This document shows positions 27,501-38,700 of a stretch of 64,000 bases of DNA, piece by piece. The notes below the pieces were generated by a model that worked only from the letters and a program-made list of their open reading frames with translations, made no database searches and was not told where the DNA came from. The first letter of the stretch is position 1, and every line of letters starts with the position of its first letter. A program made the translations under genes and the position numbers. Source of the stretch: Haliotis rufescens (lineage: Eukaryota); the NCBI RefSeq assembly GCF_023055435.1, contig NW_025963791.1, positions 41,726,001 through 41,790,000 on the forward strand, read 5' to 3'.

Positions 27501-30500
27501 CAACTCAGTGAGACATTAAGACAGCTTTGTGAGACATTGGGGCAGCTCAGTGAGACATTGGGACAACTCAGTGGGACATTGGGACAACTCAGTGGGACAT
27601 TGGGACAGCTTTGTGAGACATTGGGACAACTCAGTGGGACATTGGGAGAACTCAGTGAGACATTGAGACAACTCAGTGGGACATTGGGACAACTCAGTGG
27701 GACATTATGACAACTCAGTGAGACATTAAGACAGCTTTGTGAGACATTGGGGCAGCTCAGTGAGACATTGGGACAACTCAGTGGGACATTGGGACAGCTC
27801 AGTGAGACATTGGGACAACTCAGTGGGACATTATGACAACTCAGTGAGACATTAAGACAGCTTTGTGAGACATTGGGGCAGCTCAGTGAGACATTGGGAC
27901 AACTCAGTGGGACATTGGGACAGCTCAGTGAGACATTGGGACAGCTCAGTGGGACATTGGGACAGCTCAGTAAGACATTGAGACAACTCAGTGGGACATT
28001 GGGACAACTCAGTGGGACATTGGGACAACTCAGTGGGACATTGGGACAACTCAGTGAGACATTAAGACAGCTTTGTGAGACATTGGGACAACTCAGTGGG
28101 ACATTGGGAGAACTCAGTGAGACATTGAGACAACTCAGTGGGACATTGGGACAACTCAGTGAGACATTGGGACAACTCATTGAGACATTGGGACAACTCA
28201 ATGGGACATTGGGAGAACTCAGTGAGACTTGGGACAGCTTAGTGGAAAATTTATGAAACTGATTCCCACTTATTACTCTTACAGATATCTCTAAATTCCT
28301 CAGATCACATCAACAGTACATTGATATACGAATCATACTTGATCCATGATATTCTGCATGCCCAACTAGTTTCTATATCTGAGATAAATATTTATAACAA
28401 TGTATTACCGAGTATTGGAAAAAAGCACATTTCCCTCTTTAACTGTGGCCACTTCATACGAGTCGCGGGGCGGTCGGGTAGCCTAGTGGTTGAAGCGTTA
28501 GCTCGTCACGCCGAAGACCCGGGTTCGATTCCCGACATGGGTACAATGTGTGAAGCCCATTTCTGGTGTACCCCGCCGTGATATTGCTGGAATATTGCTA
28601 AAAGCGGCGTAAAACCTCACTCACTCACTCACTCACTCATACGAGTCGCGAGTACAGGCCGAGCAACTTACTTGAGACTGTCTACTGTCATGCATTACTA
28701 GTGCCCTGATATATTTAAAAAGTGGCATATTCAATATGTATGGAAGCATATTAGTACAACAATCTTACAAAATATCATCTGCGATGATAATACTTGCCTC
28801 CATGTAGATGATACTTGCCTCCATGTATATATCTTACGTATCGCGACTCAGACAGTGATATTGTCTTGTGAAGTTGCAACCCTAGTTGGATACTAGTTTA
28901 TACAAACATAATTAAAAAAAGGCGATTACTTAATTACTGTTAATTTAATTAAATGTTTGGGAGCATTTTGGTCGTTTATTTCCATTTGGCCTTTTCAGGG
29001 TTTACACAACAAACTGAAATAATTTGAAATTGTCAAATTGTCAGCGGTAAAATAAAAACACAAACTGCAGAATTCTACCTTCCGTGCTTCATAGGATGAT
29101 GATGAGTATTGGTTTGAAATAGATGTTATAGTTTGAGTGATTCTCACCCCTCCATATTCACATTTCATCTCTTAAACCTAATTTGCATAATGGAGAATCA
29201 ACATATTTCAGAGTGATTTCTCCGACTTAAACCATGTTATGATTGATATATAAATTTACTAAAATTTTGGATGAGACCTATATTTGTTGTTTGTAATCTG
29301 GAGAACATGCCGTGCTCTCTTCTCATTTTCACGGTTGTGAGAGAGTGTGGCATGTGTCTAACTTCGTAACTTACACACATTCAAATGAATATTTACTTTT
29401 GTTATTGTTTATGTTGTTGTTTTGTTGTTTGTCTGTTGTTTAACACCGCACTCTATTGTTTATGTAATTATAATAGCATATACGCAGATGAAAGTTTCTT
29501 CTACGTAGATGTGAGTTCTTCTATGTAGATGTGAGTAGTATCGTCTACGTAGATGTGAGTTCTTTTATGTAGATGTGAGTAGTATCGTCTACGTAGATGT
29601 GAGTTCTTTTAGACCGTGGCACCAATACGCTTCCATACATATGCGTTTACGCAGAGGCGCTGGAGAAATAGTAGAAATAAACCCATAAACAAACAATTTG
29701 CTGTGAAGCTTGTCGCTGACAATTAACTAAACGACCTACAGAGTTGATAGAAAATGACGTGTCTTTCCCGGTGTTGGGGTCTGGTTTGGTGACAGTGACG
29801 GCACAGCAACCACACCCTCCCTCCTTACACATCACCTTGGTCCCCCTCAGACCCGCACCGTCACGGATGTAGTCGTTGAGGGATGTCGTCAAGTCATAGG
29901 CACTGCTCACTGTCAAGACAAAGTTGACACTTTACTGACTGAACAATCATGACTCTACTACAAGAGATCGGTCGTCTAAGGCGCCGCGATTCGCTGTGCA
30001 GAGTTGCGTCCCTTGGGCACACCAGAAAGCTATGATTGTGGGTTCGAATCCCGGTTCGCCCCGATTATGTTTCTAGGTTTGTCAGCACCATACCCCTGTT
30101 CGTGGGTTTCACCGAAGTGGTAAACGTCTGAGACCTGCATCACTTCGTGCTTTACTCCAAAATTAAGCTGACACACCGTGATATAACTGGAATAATGTTA
30201 AAAGTGGCGTTAAACCCAACTCAGTGACACTACAAGAAATCGGTACGTTTTTAGGCTTATCCTGTAGCATTCTACCGCAGAGAGCGAGTGGAGGAATTAG
30301 ATTAAATGCCACTATGAATAGTATCTTTTGTTTATATCACCGCGTGTCAGCTTGATGTGGACAGAAAGTACGAAGTGATTAGGCCCTTGACTTCTGACCT
30401 CGAGAACGGGAATGGTGTTGACAAACAAAGAGTCATTATTGAGGTGAAGCTGGTATTCGAATCCACGATCAAAGGTTTCTGAAACATCTTATCCTGGCAT

Positions 30501-33169
30501 CTCTGTACTTCTTTAGACGACAGTGAGTGGGTGAGTGAGTTTGATTTTACGCCGCTTTTAGCAATATTCCAGCAATATCACGGCGGGGGACACCAGAAAT
30601 GAGCTTCACACATTGTACCCATGTCGGGAATCGAAGCCGGGTCTTCGGCGTGACGAGCGAACGCTTTAACCACTAGGCTACCCGACCGCCCCCTTTAGAC
30701 GACAGGGTCGCCACCGCCAAGACTCAATCACACCATTAGCATGAGGCATCTTACACAAAATAGAAGCAATATTCCGAGAGTGATATTGTTTGGTAGGGTA
30801 GTTTGTTTTGCAGTTATTGCTTCTTTTTAACTGCGCACTCAGCAATGTTCCAGTTTTACAAACCAGTGATCGACATTATAAGCAACGTCCCACAACTGAT
30901 AACTTGATCGACTTCTAAGTTGGGTATGCCACACCGGTATAATGTAGGCAGCCCATTTCTGGTGTCCCCGCCGTGATATTGCTGGAATAATGCTAAAAGC
31001 GGAGTGAAGCGATTCTCACTCACTAAGCTGGGCACGACCAATCACTAGATGCGGGTAATCATAATGGGGGCGGGGTGGTGGGAGGCGAATAGTCTGAAAG
31101 ACGTATGTTTGTTTGAAAGACCTCTGTCCCTCACCTTGCATGTCTACACACCTCTCGATAATGAAGGGTTTTCAGTTCCCACTGAACAACGATGTACTTG
31201 CAAGCGACTTGCCCGAGGAACGGTCCCAATGGAAGTTTTGTTATGTAGAATAATTTTCACAATTTGTATTTTGGTTCATCTTTCCTTCAGAGGTATGAAT
31301 AATATAGATACATAGGACCCTCTTTCATCTGTAGTGCAAGAATTACCATCCCAGCTGAGATAATAACAAAGTGAAATATTGTCATACCTCTATATATCTT
31401 GTCATTTAAGGTGAAGCTGATTCCGTCCCTGGAAGCAGTGCTGAAACATAGGAGTGAGTGAGTGAGTGAGTATGGTTTTACGCCGCTTTTAGCAATATTC
31501 CAGCAATATCACGGCGGGGGACACCAGAAATGGGCTTCACACATTGTCCCCATGTCGGGATTCGAACCCGGGTCTTCGGCGTGACGAGCGAACGCTTTAA
31601 CCACTAGGCTACCCGACCTAGTGCATTCTCATGCATTTGGTAGCTAACTGAAACGTGAACGTTGTTACTGTATGGGGGCACGGGTGGCCCAGTCGTCTGA
31701 GGCGCCGCGATTCGCTGTGCAGAGTAGCGTCCCTTGGGCATGCCAGAAAGCTATGATTGTGGGTTCGAATCCCTGTTCGCCCCAATTATGTTTCTAGGTT
31801 TGTCAGCACCATACCCGTGCTCGAGGGTTTCACCGAAGTGGTAAACGTCTGAGACCTGCATCATTTCGGGCTTTCATCCCACATTAAGCTGACACGCCGC
31901 GATATAACTGTAATACTGTTAAAAGCGGTGGTACACCCACCTCGCTCACTCACTCTAACTGTACGGTATGATAGCTAGACATATCTAACTTAGTCATGCA
32001 AGCAGTCGTTACATTATCATATTTGACGTCTTTACGGTCTTTATCACTGCAATATGTTCGCTCATCATCTTCGCAATAAAAAGCCTAAAGGAAAAATGTA
32101 AACCGGTGATTTCAGTTTCATTCATGACGGCTGACGCCACAGCACGTGTATTAAGGCGATGGCAATTTATGAAAACATAGCGCGGAAGTTGCTTTCAGAT
32201 TAACCAGTCCATGACAGTTTCACTAAAATTTAAAAAAGACGAGTCAGATTGAAATGTTGTAAGCAGTGGTGTGTACCAAGGGTCTCCATTCTCTCGTATT
32301 TTATTGTCATGGTCGACCATAACAGTTGTTCCGACACACTTATTAACCTTGTTTAGACGTTGATGTCACTCCTGTCTACATTGCGACAAGGCCTATAAGC
32401 TAGCTGCCAATGTCCCCATATTTGCTCCCATGTCAAACAGTTTGCTTACGTTAGCCTGACTTTGCATCGCTACATGACGTCCTTCCTTCTGCTCCGTGGA
32501 TGAGTGGATATACGTAGATGCCCTAGCTACTACGTCGCTCATGATCAGAACAAAGCCCTGGTTGTGTTATTTACTTTCAACCACCAAGTTATGGGTCCAT
32601 TAGGATACGTCTAGCATGTACATACCTATAACATGCTTTGCTCGCAGTGATGATATAACCTTATGATAGTTTAGCAGGACTCTGGCTGAGGAAGCGGATG
32701 ACGGGTTGGGTAGGGGGTCGTTAACCTAATGTGTACATACAGTTTTAAAACCATTTTCGCAATGATGAAAATATTATACTTGTTTTGTGGGATAGGGGAG
32801 GCGGTGTCGTGCTTGGTTTGGGTAGATATCTAAATGTATGTTTAAAATTACCATGGTTGATTTCGAGTTTTCTTAAGTACAATGATAAAAATCCTTAGGA
32901 AAATAGTTTGATATAATGCTTTAGCACGCAATTATATATATTTGATAAATTAATAATTTTATTCTTATATGTTATTTCCTATCTGAATCATACTGGTTGA
33001 TTGTTCCATGCAATGATTAATATGACAACACACGCACATTCGACTAACTGGCCAAATGAGCAGATGTTCCTATTCAGGATGCAAACTTTTTGTCCAGTTG
33101 ACATGAACTGTGAAGATGTGTATGAGGAAAACCCTACCTTGTGAGGTGAAGTGTCTCGGGACCACTCAT
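397..33169 (-). CDS. Aldehyde oxidase / xanthine dehydrogenase-family molybdoflavoenzyme (AOX-like), 20 exons in window, 3' part outside window
   Basis: Phase-consistent GT-AG exons: 33138-33169, 31388-31440, 29740-29909, 26417-26577, 22980-23130, 22211-22451, 21276-21349, 20571-20720, 19987-20092, 17988-18133, 16280-16384, 15973-16039, 13773-13876, 12469-12606, 11865-11987, 11410-11505, 10414-10471, 9348-9497, 3998-4077, 397-506 (~771 codons). Motifs: [22 protein letters not shown] and [13 protein letters not shown] (2Fe-2S); AGNTASG and [22 protein letters not shown] (FAD); [18 protein letters not shown] (Moco domain). Confidence 0.93.
1095..3745. repeat. 22-24 bp minisatellite (GGTGTGTTGGTGTAACAAGCAG[G]) in AOX intron 19
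   Basis: More than 100 tandem units directly visible. Confidence 0.97.
3998..4077 (-). CDS. AOX-like exon 19
   Basis: [27 protein letters not shown]. Confidence 0.88.
4795..5825. repeat. 205-bp tandem repeat, about 5 near-identical copies
   Basis: Near-identical ORFs recur at 4817, 5022, 5227, 5432, 5637. Confidence 0.97.
6560..7275 (+). mobile_element. Decayed Penelope-like retroelement reverse transcriptase fragment
   Basis: IDNIHVKF...[30 protein letters not shown] at ~6880, [23 protein letters not shown]; stops and frameshifts. Confidence 0.75.
6764..6878. mobile_element. Small MITE-like insertion interrupting the Penelope-like RT
   Basis: Imperfect TIR GGGCCGTTGTACAAA ... TTTGTACAACCGCAGCC; separates SF from YVDD. 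Confidence 0.5.
7535..7705 (-). mobile_element. SINE fragment with Deu/Nin-like core
   Basis: CTCCCTGGGGAG...CCGGGTACCCATTCACTGCTGGGTGAAC resembles the conserved Deu/Nin core (recalled, not aligned). Confidence 0.4.
8370..9012. repeat. 23-bp minisatellite (TGACGTCAACAATGGTGTCTACA)
   Basis: About 28 tandem units. Confidence 0.95.
9348..9497 (-). CDS. AOX-like exon 18
   Basis: [17 protein letters not shown]...[14 protein letters not shown]. Confidence 0.9.
10414..10471 (-). CDS. AOX-like exon 17
   Basis: [19 protein letters not shown]. Confidence 0.9.
10532..11280. repeat. 17-bp minisatellite (CATCAACACCCTACACG) in AOX intron 16
   Basis: About 44 tandem units. Confidence 0.96.
11410..11505 (-). 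CDS. AOX-like exon 16
   Basis: [18 protein letters not shown]. Confidence 0.92.
11865..11987 (-). CDS. AOX-like exon 15
   Basis: [12 protein letters not shown]...IDATKAL. Confidence 0.92.
12469..12606 (-). CDS. AOX-like exon 14
   Basis: FLLSL...[15 protein letters not shown]. Confidence 0.88.
13773..13876 (-). CDS. AOX-like exon 13
   Basis: LHAELHP...[15 protein letters not shown]. Confidence 0.9.
14830..16000 (-). repeat. 35-bp minisatellite made of exon-12 end + donor site
   Basis: Unit (gene sense) TGTCTGTCAGTCACGTCGTTGTTGCAAG|GTGGGTG versus exon end TGTCTGACGGACAGGTCGTTATTGCAAG|GTGGGTG. Confidence 0.96.
15973..16039 (-). CDS. AOX-like exon 12
   Basis: [22 protein letters not shown]; ctgcag/gtgggt. 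Confidence 0.9.
16280..16384 (-). CDS. AOX-like exon 11
   Basis: [10 protein letters not shown]...[10 protein letters not shown]. Confidence 0.92.
16725..17295. repeat. Degenerate ~22-bp-based tandem repeat (ACAATAGTTGTACCTACATTG-like)
   Basis: Recurring CAATAG..GTACCTAC.TTG motifs. Confidence 0.8.
17415..17830. repeat. 23-bp minisatellite (CTAAGACTATAAACTCAATACAT)
   Basis: About 18 near-identical units. Confidence 0.97.
17988..18133 (-). CDS. AOX-like exon 10
   Basis: [15 protein letters not shown]...SFKVSPRLQ. Confidence 0.88.
18830..19970 (-). mobile_element. Decayed mariner (Tc1/mariner) transposon in AOX intron 9
   Basis: YRVVIKYL (HTH), [41 protein letters not shown]; end GCGAGGGTTTC..GTTCTGAGCCT. 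Confidence 0.85.
19987..20092 (-). CDS. AOX-like exon 9
   Basis: [27 protein letters not shown]. Confidence 0.92.
20571..20720 (-). CDS. AOX-like exon 8
   Basis: [13 protein letters not shown]...[12 protein letters not shown]. Confidence 0.9.
21276..21349 (-). CDS. AOX-like exon 7
   Basis: [25 protein letters not shown]. Confidence 0.88.
21611..21753. mobile_element. pogo/Tigger-like MITE remnant
   Basis: Imperfect TIR GTGAAACCTCTATAACTCGA ... TCGAGTTGCAGCGGTTTCAT. Confidence 0.45.
22211..22451 (-). CDS. AOX-like exon 6
   Basis: DLSESRC...[10 protein letters not shown]...LAGNTASG. Confidence 0.88.
22980..23130 (-). CDS. AOX-like exon 5
   Basis: [24 protein letters not shown]...DIE. Confidence 0.95.
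23272..26459 (-). repeat. 46-bp minisatellite made of exon-4 end + GTAAGT donor, filling AOX intron 4
   Basis: Unit (gene sense) CTACTGTACTCCAGGGATGGTCATGAACATGTATGG|GTAAGTGTGG, identical to the exon-4 3' end. Confidence 0.98.
26417..26577 (-). CDS. AOX-like exon 4
   Basis: [20 protein letters not shown]...[27 protein letters not shown]; cccag/gtaagt. Confidence 0.95.
26598..28245. repeat. 21-bp minisatellite (CTCAGTGAGACATTGGGACAA) in AOX intron 3
   Basis: About 78 units, ending ~20 bp before the exon-4 acceptor. Confidence 0.97.
28467..28636 (+). mobile_element. tRNA-derived SINE family A (~170 bp, (ACTC)n tail)
   Basis: A box TAGCCTAGTGG, B box GGTTCGATTCC; 13-bp TSD TCATACGAGTCGC. Other copies ~30524-30692(-), 31453-31618(-), 38482-38656(-), 39472-39633(-), 41569-41738(+), 46209-46305(+), 47237-47360(+), 51449-51622(-), 56185-56350(+), 56795-56945(+), 58011-58170(+), 21085-21238(-). 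Confidence 0.92.
29498..29610. repeat. Short tandem repeat (CTACGTAGATGTGAGT-based, ~5 units)
   Basis: Directly visible. Confidence 0.8.
29740..29909 (-). CDS. AOX-like exon 3 (2Fe-2S domain)
   Basis: [29 protein letters not shown]. Confidence 0.95.
31388..31440 (-). CDS. AOX-like exon 2 ([18 protein letters not shown])
   Basis: tttcag/gtatga boundaries; ISFTLN is typical of the N-terminal 2Fe-2S domain. Confidence 0.8.
33138..33169 (-). CDS. AOX-like exon 1 ([10 protein letters not shown])
   Basis: ATG at 33169; donor GTAGGG; phase 2 matches exon 2. Confidence 0.6.
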
Positions 33170-35705
33170 ACTTGCATTTGGCTTAGCTGGGGTTCTCCTG
33201 ATAGCATGCGGACTGTGTACAGCCAGTGCTCTGTGTAGTATGTCACACTGGCCTACCCTCACACTTTATGTAAATCAGCCACACAAGCGCGTCGCTTGAC
33301 GGATGAGATTCGGTTCGCTGTGACAGCGTAACACATTGCACTGTGTGTAGGGGACGGGGGAGCCCTGTGTTACGGAATACACAGAGGTCACGTTTATTTA
33401 TTACGTTGTGGATGTAACTAGGTTTGTCTGCTGCCGTGACATGGAGTCACCTGGTGAGTGAAGTCTGGATCAGTGCGGGTGACCTATAACTTTTATCATG
33501 CCTCCATGTCAGAATGATGAGGTCGAATTCGTTCAATTCATCTCGATAAAATTCATTGTATCACGCCTTGAAGGGAAATAAATTTCTCAGCGGGTGAATA
33601 AGTCCCTTATACCCTGCTACGCTGCTCGTGGATTTCTAATTGGCGGAATAAATCCCTCATACCCCGCTTTTTCCGAGTCAATGAAAGTCACGTGACATAG
33701 CACAAGTTACCCTCAGCTCAATCGAACAGCTCTTTTCTATAATTTTGAATTTGTTTAAATTCTTTTACAATTTCATATTAAAATATGTCGGTAAGATAAA
33801 CTCGTTTTAGCAGAATCAATTAGTGTACATGTGGTTTATGCGTTCCTCCGGCTCGTGGTATGAAACCTTACTCATGACGACCCATAAAGCCCATGTCCAC
33901 TGGGTGATCCTGCTACAACTTATAATACCCCGGTGGTTATGTAAAAGTATGCGTTCTTCATCCTACTTTGTTCGTAGATATTTAACCAGAAACGACCATT
34001 ATCTGGCAAATTTGGTAAATATTGTGCTCCCTCTTTTAAGCGTTGCTATGCAGCGACACCGGCATCCGTGTGTGTATACTTCAGAGATGCAGCAACAAAC
34101 ATGAATTCGTAAAGGAATGTTACAGCGTCAGCAGACAGCACCATCGTCCGAGTGCTATAACTTCTGTCTCAGCTCTGGTGGTGATGTCAATGGGGTTGTC
34201 CTGCCGGTGATGACCACGGGAGCTCCATCATGGACATCTGGGACTGCCTCGTGGGTATCTGCATCCTCCTTGTTGCAGTGGCATCAGGTTTTGTTCAAAA
34301 AACTTTGTTCGTATCTGCAAATGTGATAACGAATCCAAACATATTCAACACTCATCAGATTGCTTTTGATTGGTACTAGGCTGTTTACTACGGTGGCCCT
34401 TAAGGGACATGGAGTCTGTTTTTCAATATTTTGATGTTTAACTTACTTTTATCTTAACCTTTTGCAAATTAACACAATCTGCCATACAAATATGTGATAA
34501 ATCATGTATAAAAACATCCGAAAACATAGAAAATGTACTTTTAAGTAGCTTTTGAGTCGCTGAAATGTGAAGTGAAAATGTCAAAAACTAAAATGAAAAT
34601 GTCAAAAACACAAAACGAAAATGTCGAAAACTAAAATGAATACACAGAAAACTATTTCCAGCACGCCAGAAACCTATGATTGTGGGTTCGAATCTCGGTT
34701 CGCCCCAATCATGTTTCTAGGTTTGCTCGTGGGTTTCACCGAAGTGGTAAACGTCTTAGGCCTGCATCACTTCGGGCTTTCCTCCCACATTAAGCTGACA
34801 CACGGTGATATAACTGGAATAATGTTAAAAGCGGCGTTAAACCCAACTCACTCACTCACTTACACATTTGGTATGTTTTATCTAAATTGACACCAATTTA
34901 TCCATTTATATATTTATATGTGGTGGTGGGGGTGGCGTTGGGGGGGGGGGGGGGGGGGGGGAGGATATAAATTATCCCTGCAGTTGTCGGCGAATATGCA
35001 TAATCCCTGCAGTTGTCGGGAAAATATGCATTATGCCTGCAGTGGTCGGGAGAATATGCATAAGAGGCGATTGACGGGATGGAGTGGTCAGGTATGCCGA
35101 CTTGGTTGATGCATGTCATCATATTCCATTTGCGTGGATCGATGCTCATGGTGTCAATCACTTGATTGTCTGGTCCGGCCTCGATTATTTACAGATTATG
35201 TATTATAGCTGGAATATTGCGTTAAAACAACAAACAAACAAACAAACAAACAAACAAACAAACAAACACACACACACAGGTATGTTAACTTATATGACAA
35301 ATTGTCTTTATGCTACTGTTGTTGCATGTTTGACGAGCTGGAGGTAATTTTGATAGTGACTAACTGTTATACTACGCCTATAGATGACGTAACACCCCGA
35401 GAGCCTGTCCCATTATTAGCTGCCCCTTACAAAACCGTGTTCCACAGGTCGCACAAGTGTAAGCCCAGTGTCACGCTTCATTTCACACCATGCGCACTGA
35501 ACTCGTCTGACCTGGAACCTTCTCAAACAACCGGTCGGGGCTTCTTGCAGCATGCCCCGAACAAGCACTACCTCCTTAGTCGTGTTCTGTGTGTAGCAAC
35601 ATTCAACCGAAGGGAGGCAACTGCGTTGAAGCGATATTTCGGAGAAGATCTGTTGACCCTTCCAGGCTATTCAGTGACGTTGTTTGTGATCGCGAGGAGT
35701 ACAAG

Positions 35706-35718
35706 ATGTTTCGTCCAG
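35706..35718 (+). CDS. FUT10/11-like exon 1 (MFRP)
   Basis: ATG followed by CAG|GTAAGT; phase 1 matches exon 2. Confidence 0.65.
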
Positions 35719-38700
35719 GTAAGTTGTGTCGTATCTTGTCACCGTAGTTCCTTATCGATTATCCGTTATTTATTGATTACCACACGTGTGAGTGTGTGTG
35801 TGTGTGTGGGTTGGGGGTGGGGGGGGGGGTATTTCTTTACGTACGCGCTGTGTTGGAGCTCGTCGCATGGGAGTCGGGTAGACTGGTGATACAGTGTTGT
35901 AGGATAAAGTTACCCTCTGGAGGGGTTGGGCCGGTCAACTTTGCCGGTAACTGTGTATAATGAAACCATGTTTATATTGTGGGCCATGCCGTCTCCTGGA
36001 ATATGTAGTCCTGAAAACCGGATAGACCGGCCGTTATCGACGGGCCGTTATGTTCGGTGGTTGGGAACGTGAGTGGGTGGGGACGGTGTAGGGGTGGGGG
36101 TAGGGGTGGGGGTGGGGGTGGGGGTGGGGGTGGGTGATGGTGATGGTGAGGGTGGGGGGTGGAATTGAGTGGGTGGGTAAGTGAGTGAGTGACTAGGTAA
36201 GTAATTGAGTAAGTGGGTCAGTAATTGAGTGATTGTTTTTGTTGATGGTTGAGAGTGAGCGAGTGAGTTTTTGAGCAAGGTCATGTGGTCAAGGTAAGTG
36301 GTAAAAACTCGACACACGGCAGGCTCAGCTCGGTTTCCGACTTACAATACGTGAAGCCCATTTCTGGAATATTGCTATACCGGGGTAAACCCATACTTAC
36401 TCACTGTGTTACTTTCAACACTAATGTAGCTGTATCCAGCCAGTTTGCAGTAGTCAACAAGCATGGGATGCTCTGAGCAACAGTCCACACTAGTGCCATG
36501 TTGTACTGTCGTCCAGACCTGTAGCAGCTTCACCAACACAATATCCTGATGTGTTTCAGATTTGCTGGTTCTCTTCATCTTACTTGGAAGTTGTTACGTA
36601 ACAATTAAAGGTAAGTTGATCTTGATATTCGTGCATTGATTTAATGTTGTATATTTAATAGTCTAAAGCGTCCCATTTCTTTATTAAGGTTGCATCCCTT
36701 AGTCGCAAAAGAATTATTTGTTTTGTTTGTTTGTTGTTTAACGCCGCACTCAGCAATATTCCAGCTATATGACGGCGGTCTGTAAATAATCGTGTCTGGG
36801 CAAGACAATCCAGTGACTAACATCATGAGCATCGATCCACGCAATTTGGATACGATGACATGCATCAACCAAGTCAGCGAGCCTGACCACCCGATGCCGT
36901 TAGCTTCCTCTTACGACAAGCACAGTCGCCCTTTACGGCAAGCATGGGTTGCTGAAGACCTATTCCAACCCGGATCTTCACGGATACAAAAGAACACACT
37001 AGTCGCGGGTTCGGTTCCCATATTTGCCCTAAGTATGATCCGTGATCAGTTGGTTGGTTGGTCTGTTGTTTAACGCCGCATTCAGCACAGTCGCCTCTTA
37101 CGACAAGCATGGGTTGCTGAAGACGGGTTCCGTGATCAATCATCCAAATTGTTCATGTAACCGTCTATGACCTGTTCCACTCCAGCATTTAGCCGTGACG
37201 TTAATGACATAATTGACATACTTTACAAAACAGCGTAAAACCCAACTCGCTCACTCACTGAAAACGTTTCAGGTCCAACTGTGAGAGAGTGAGTCAAGGT
37301 GATAAAAAACTATTTGACATCATGTAAATAAACGATACTGATTTATGTCATTCTCATCGTTCCACGTCGAGATAGAGGTCACACAATCCTTGCACGACTT
37401 AGGCGTGGTCCGATGGGGATGCCTTGTAGGCACCAATGACCTATATTGTGTGTCGCCGTGCCCCGACACTGTCTTTCGATGCTCAGTCTATCAACCACCG
37501 GTTTGCGTGGTCAAGGCGCGACTATAAACAGGTTGTTCGTACTACAACATTTACTCAGTTCCCTTCTCTGGGGGTGGAGTGAAGTGAGAGGGGCATTAAC
37601 GGCGCCTTCAACATCACCGCACTTATATAGTGACGTGCATGTGTGTGTACACGAGCGTGCGTGTACTAGTCCGTCTTATACCGGTGCGAGCCAAATGAGA
37701 TACCATGCGATACCAGTTTATCATGGATACCACACACATTATAATGACTCCGAGCCAACGAGTGTTTTTTCCCCCTTAATGCCGAACCCCAGGCAGGGTA
37801 GCAATAATTACCATCTTTAACGTCTTTTGGTATGTTGCGCTCAGGGGATCGGACCACCAACCTTCCGCTCTCTGGGCAGACTCTCACAACACGGCTGCCT
37901 GGTAGGATGAGAAGTGGGCGATGAATTATTTCAAGTCTTTTGATGTAGAACTTGTCTTCACACCGTGCAGGGCATATTGTAAGCTACACAGTGGATGAGA
38001 GTCACGCCGACCTTCCAGTTGTGACGTGGTGGGAGACGATTGGTGAATATTCTGATTACGTCATTTCCTGTGAGGCGGAGCAGAGATGTGTCGTGTCCAG
38101 AAACAAGACAGCACCGCCCCGGCAGCAAGTAAAGGTGAGTACCAGTGATGTTTGTTTGTTTGTTGATTATCGCCGCACTCAGCAGTTTTCGAGCTATATG
38201 ACGGCGGTCTGTAAATAATCGAGTCTGGACCAGACAATTCAGTGACTGACATAATGATCATCGATCCACGCAATTTGGATACGATGACATGCATCAGCCA
38301 AGTCAGCGAACCTGACCACCCGATTCCGTTAGTCGCCTCTTACAACAAGCATAGTCGCCTTTTACAGCATGCATGGGTTGCTGAAGAGCTATTCTACCCC
38401 AGATCTTCACGGGTCGAGTACCAGTGAGAAGATATGGACGGTAAAGGTTTTGGGTAGTTCAGCTTAGTGCGGGACATACAAGAGTGAGTGAGTGAGTGAG
38501 TGAGTATGGTTTTACGCCGCTTTTAGGAATATTCCAGCAATATCACGGCGGGGGACACCAGAAATTGGCTTCACACATTGAACCCATGTCGGGAATCGAA
38601 CCCGGGTCTTCGGCGTGACGAGCGAACACTTTAACCACTAGGCTACCCGACCGCCCGGACATACATGAGCCACGCATTTATTACACTTTACCTGCTAAAA

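Noticed and set aside
26381-28256. 606-aa (SCPNVSL)n ORF and antisense (LGQLSET)n ORFs
   Set aside because: Stop-free 21-bp repeat; the real exon 4 is in a different frame
28467-28545. tRNA-like sequence (also heads of SINE B and D)
   Set aside because: Always fused to a SINE body, microsatellite tail and TSD; no proper acceptor stem
35302-35889. 195-aa ORF upstream of the fucosyltransferase
   Set aside because: No recognisable homology; runs across the FUT exon 1 donor into low-complexity intron
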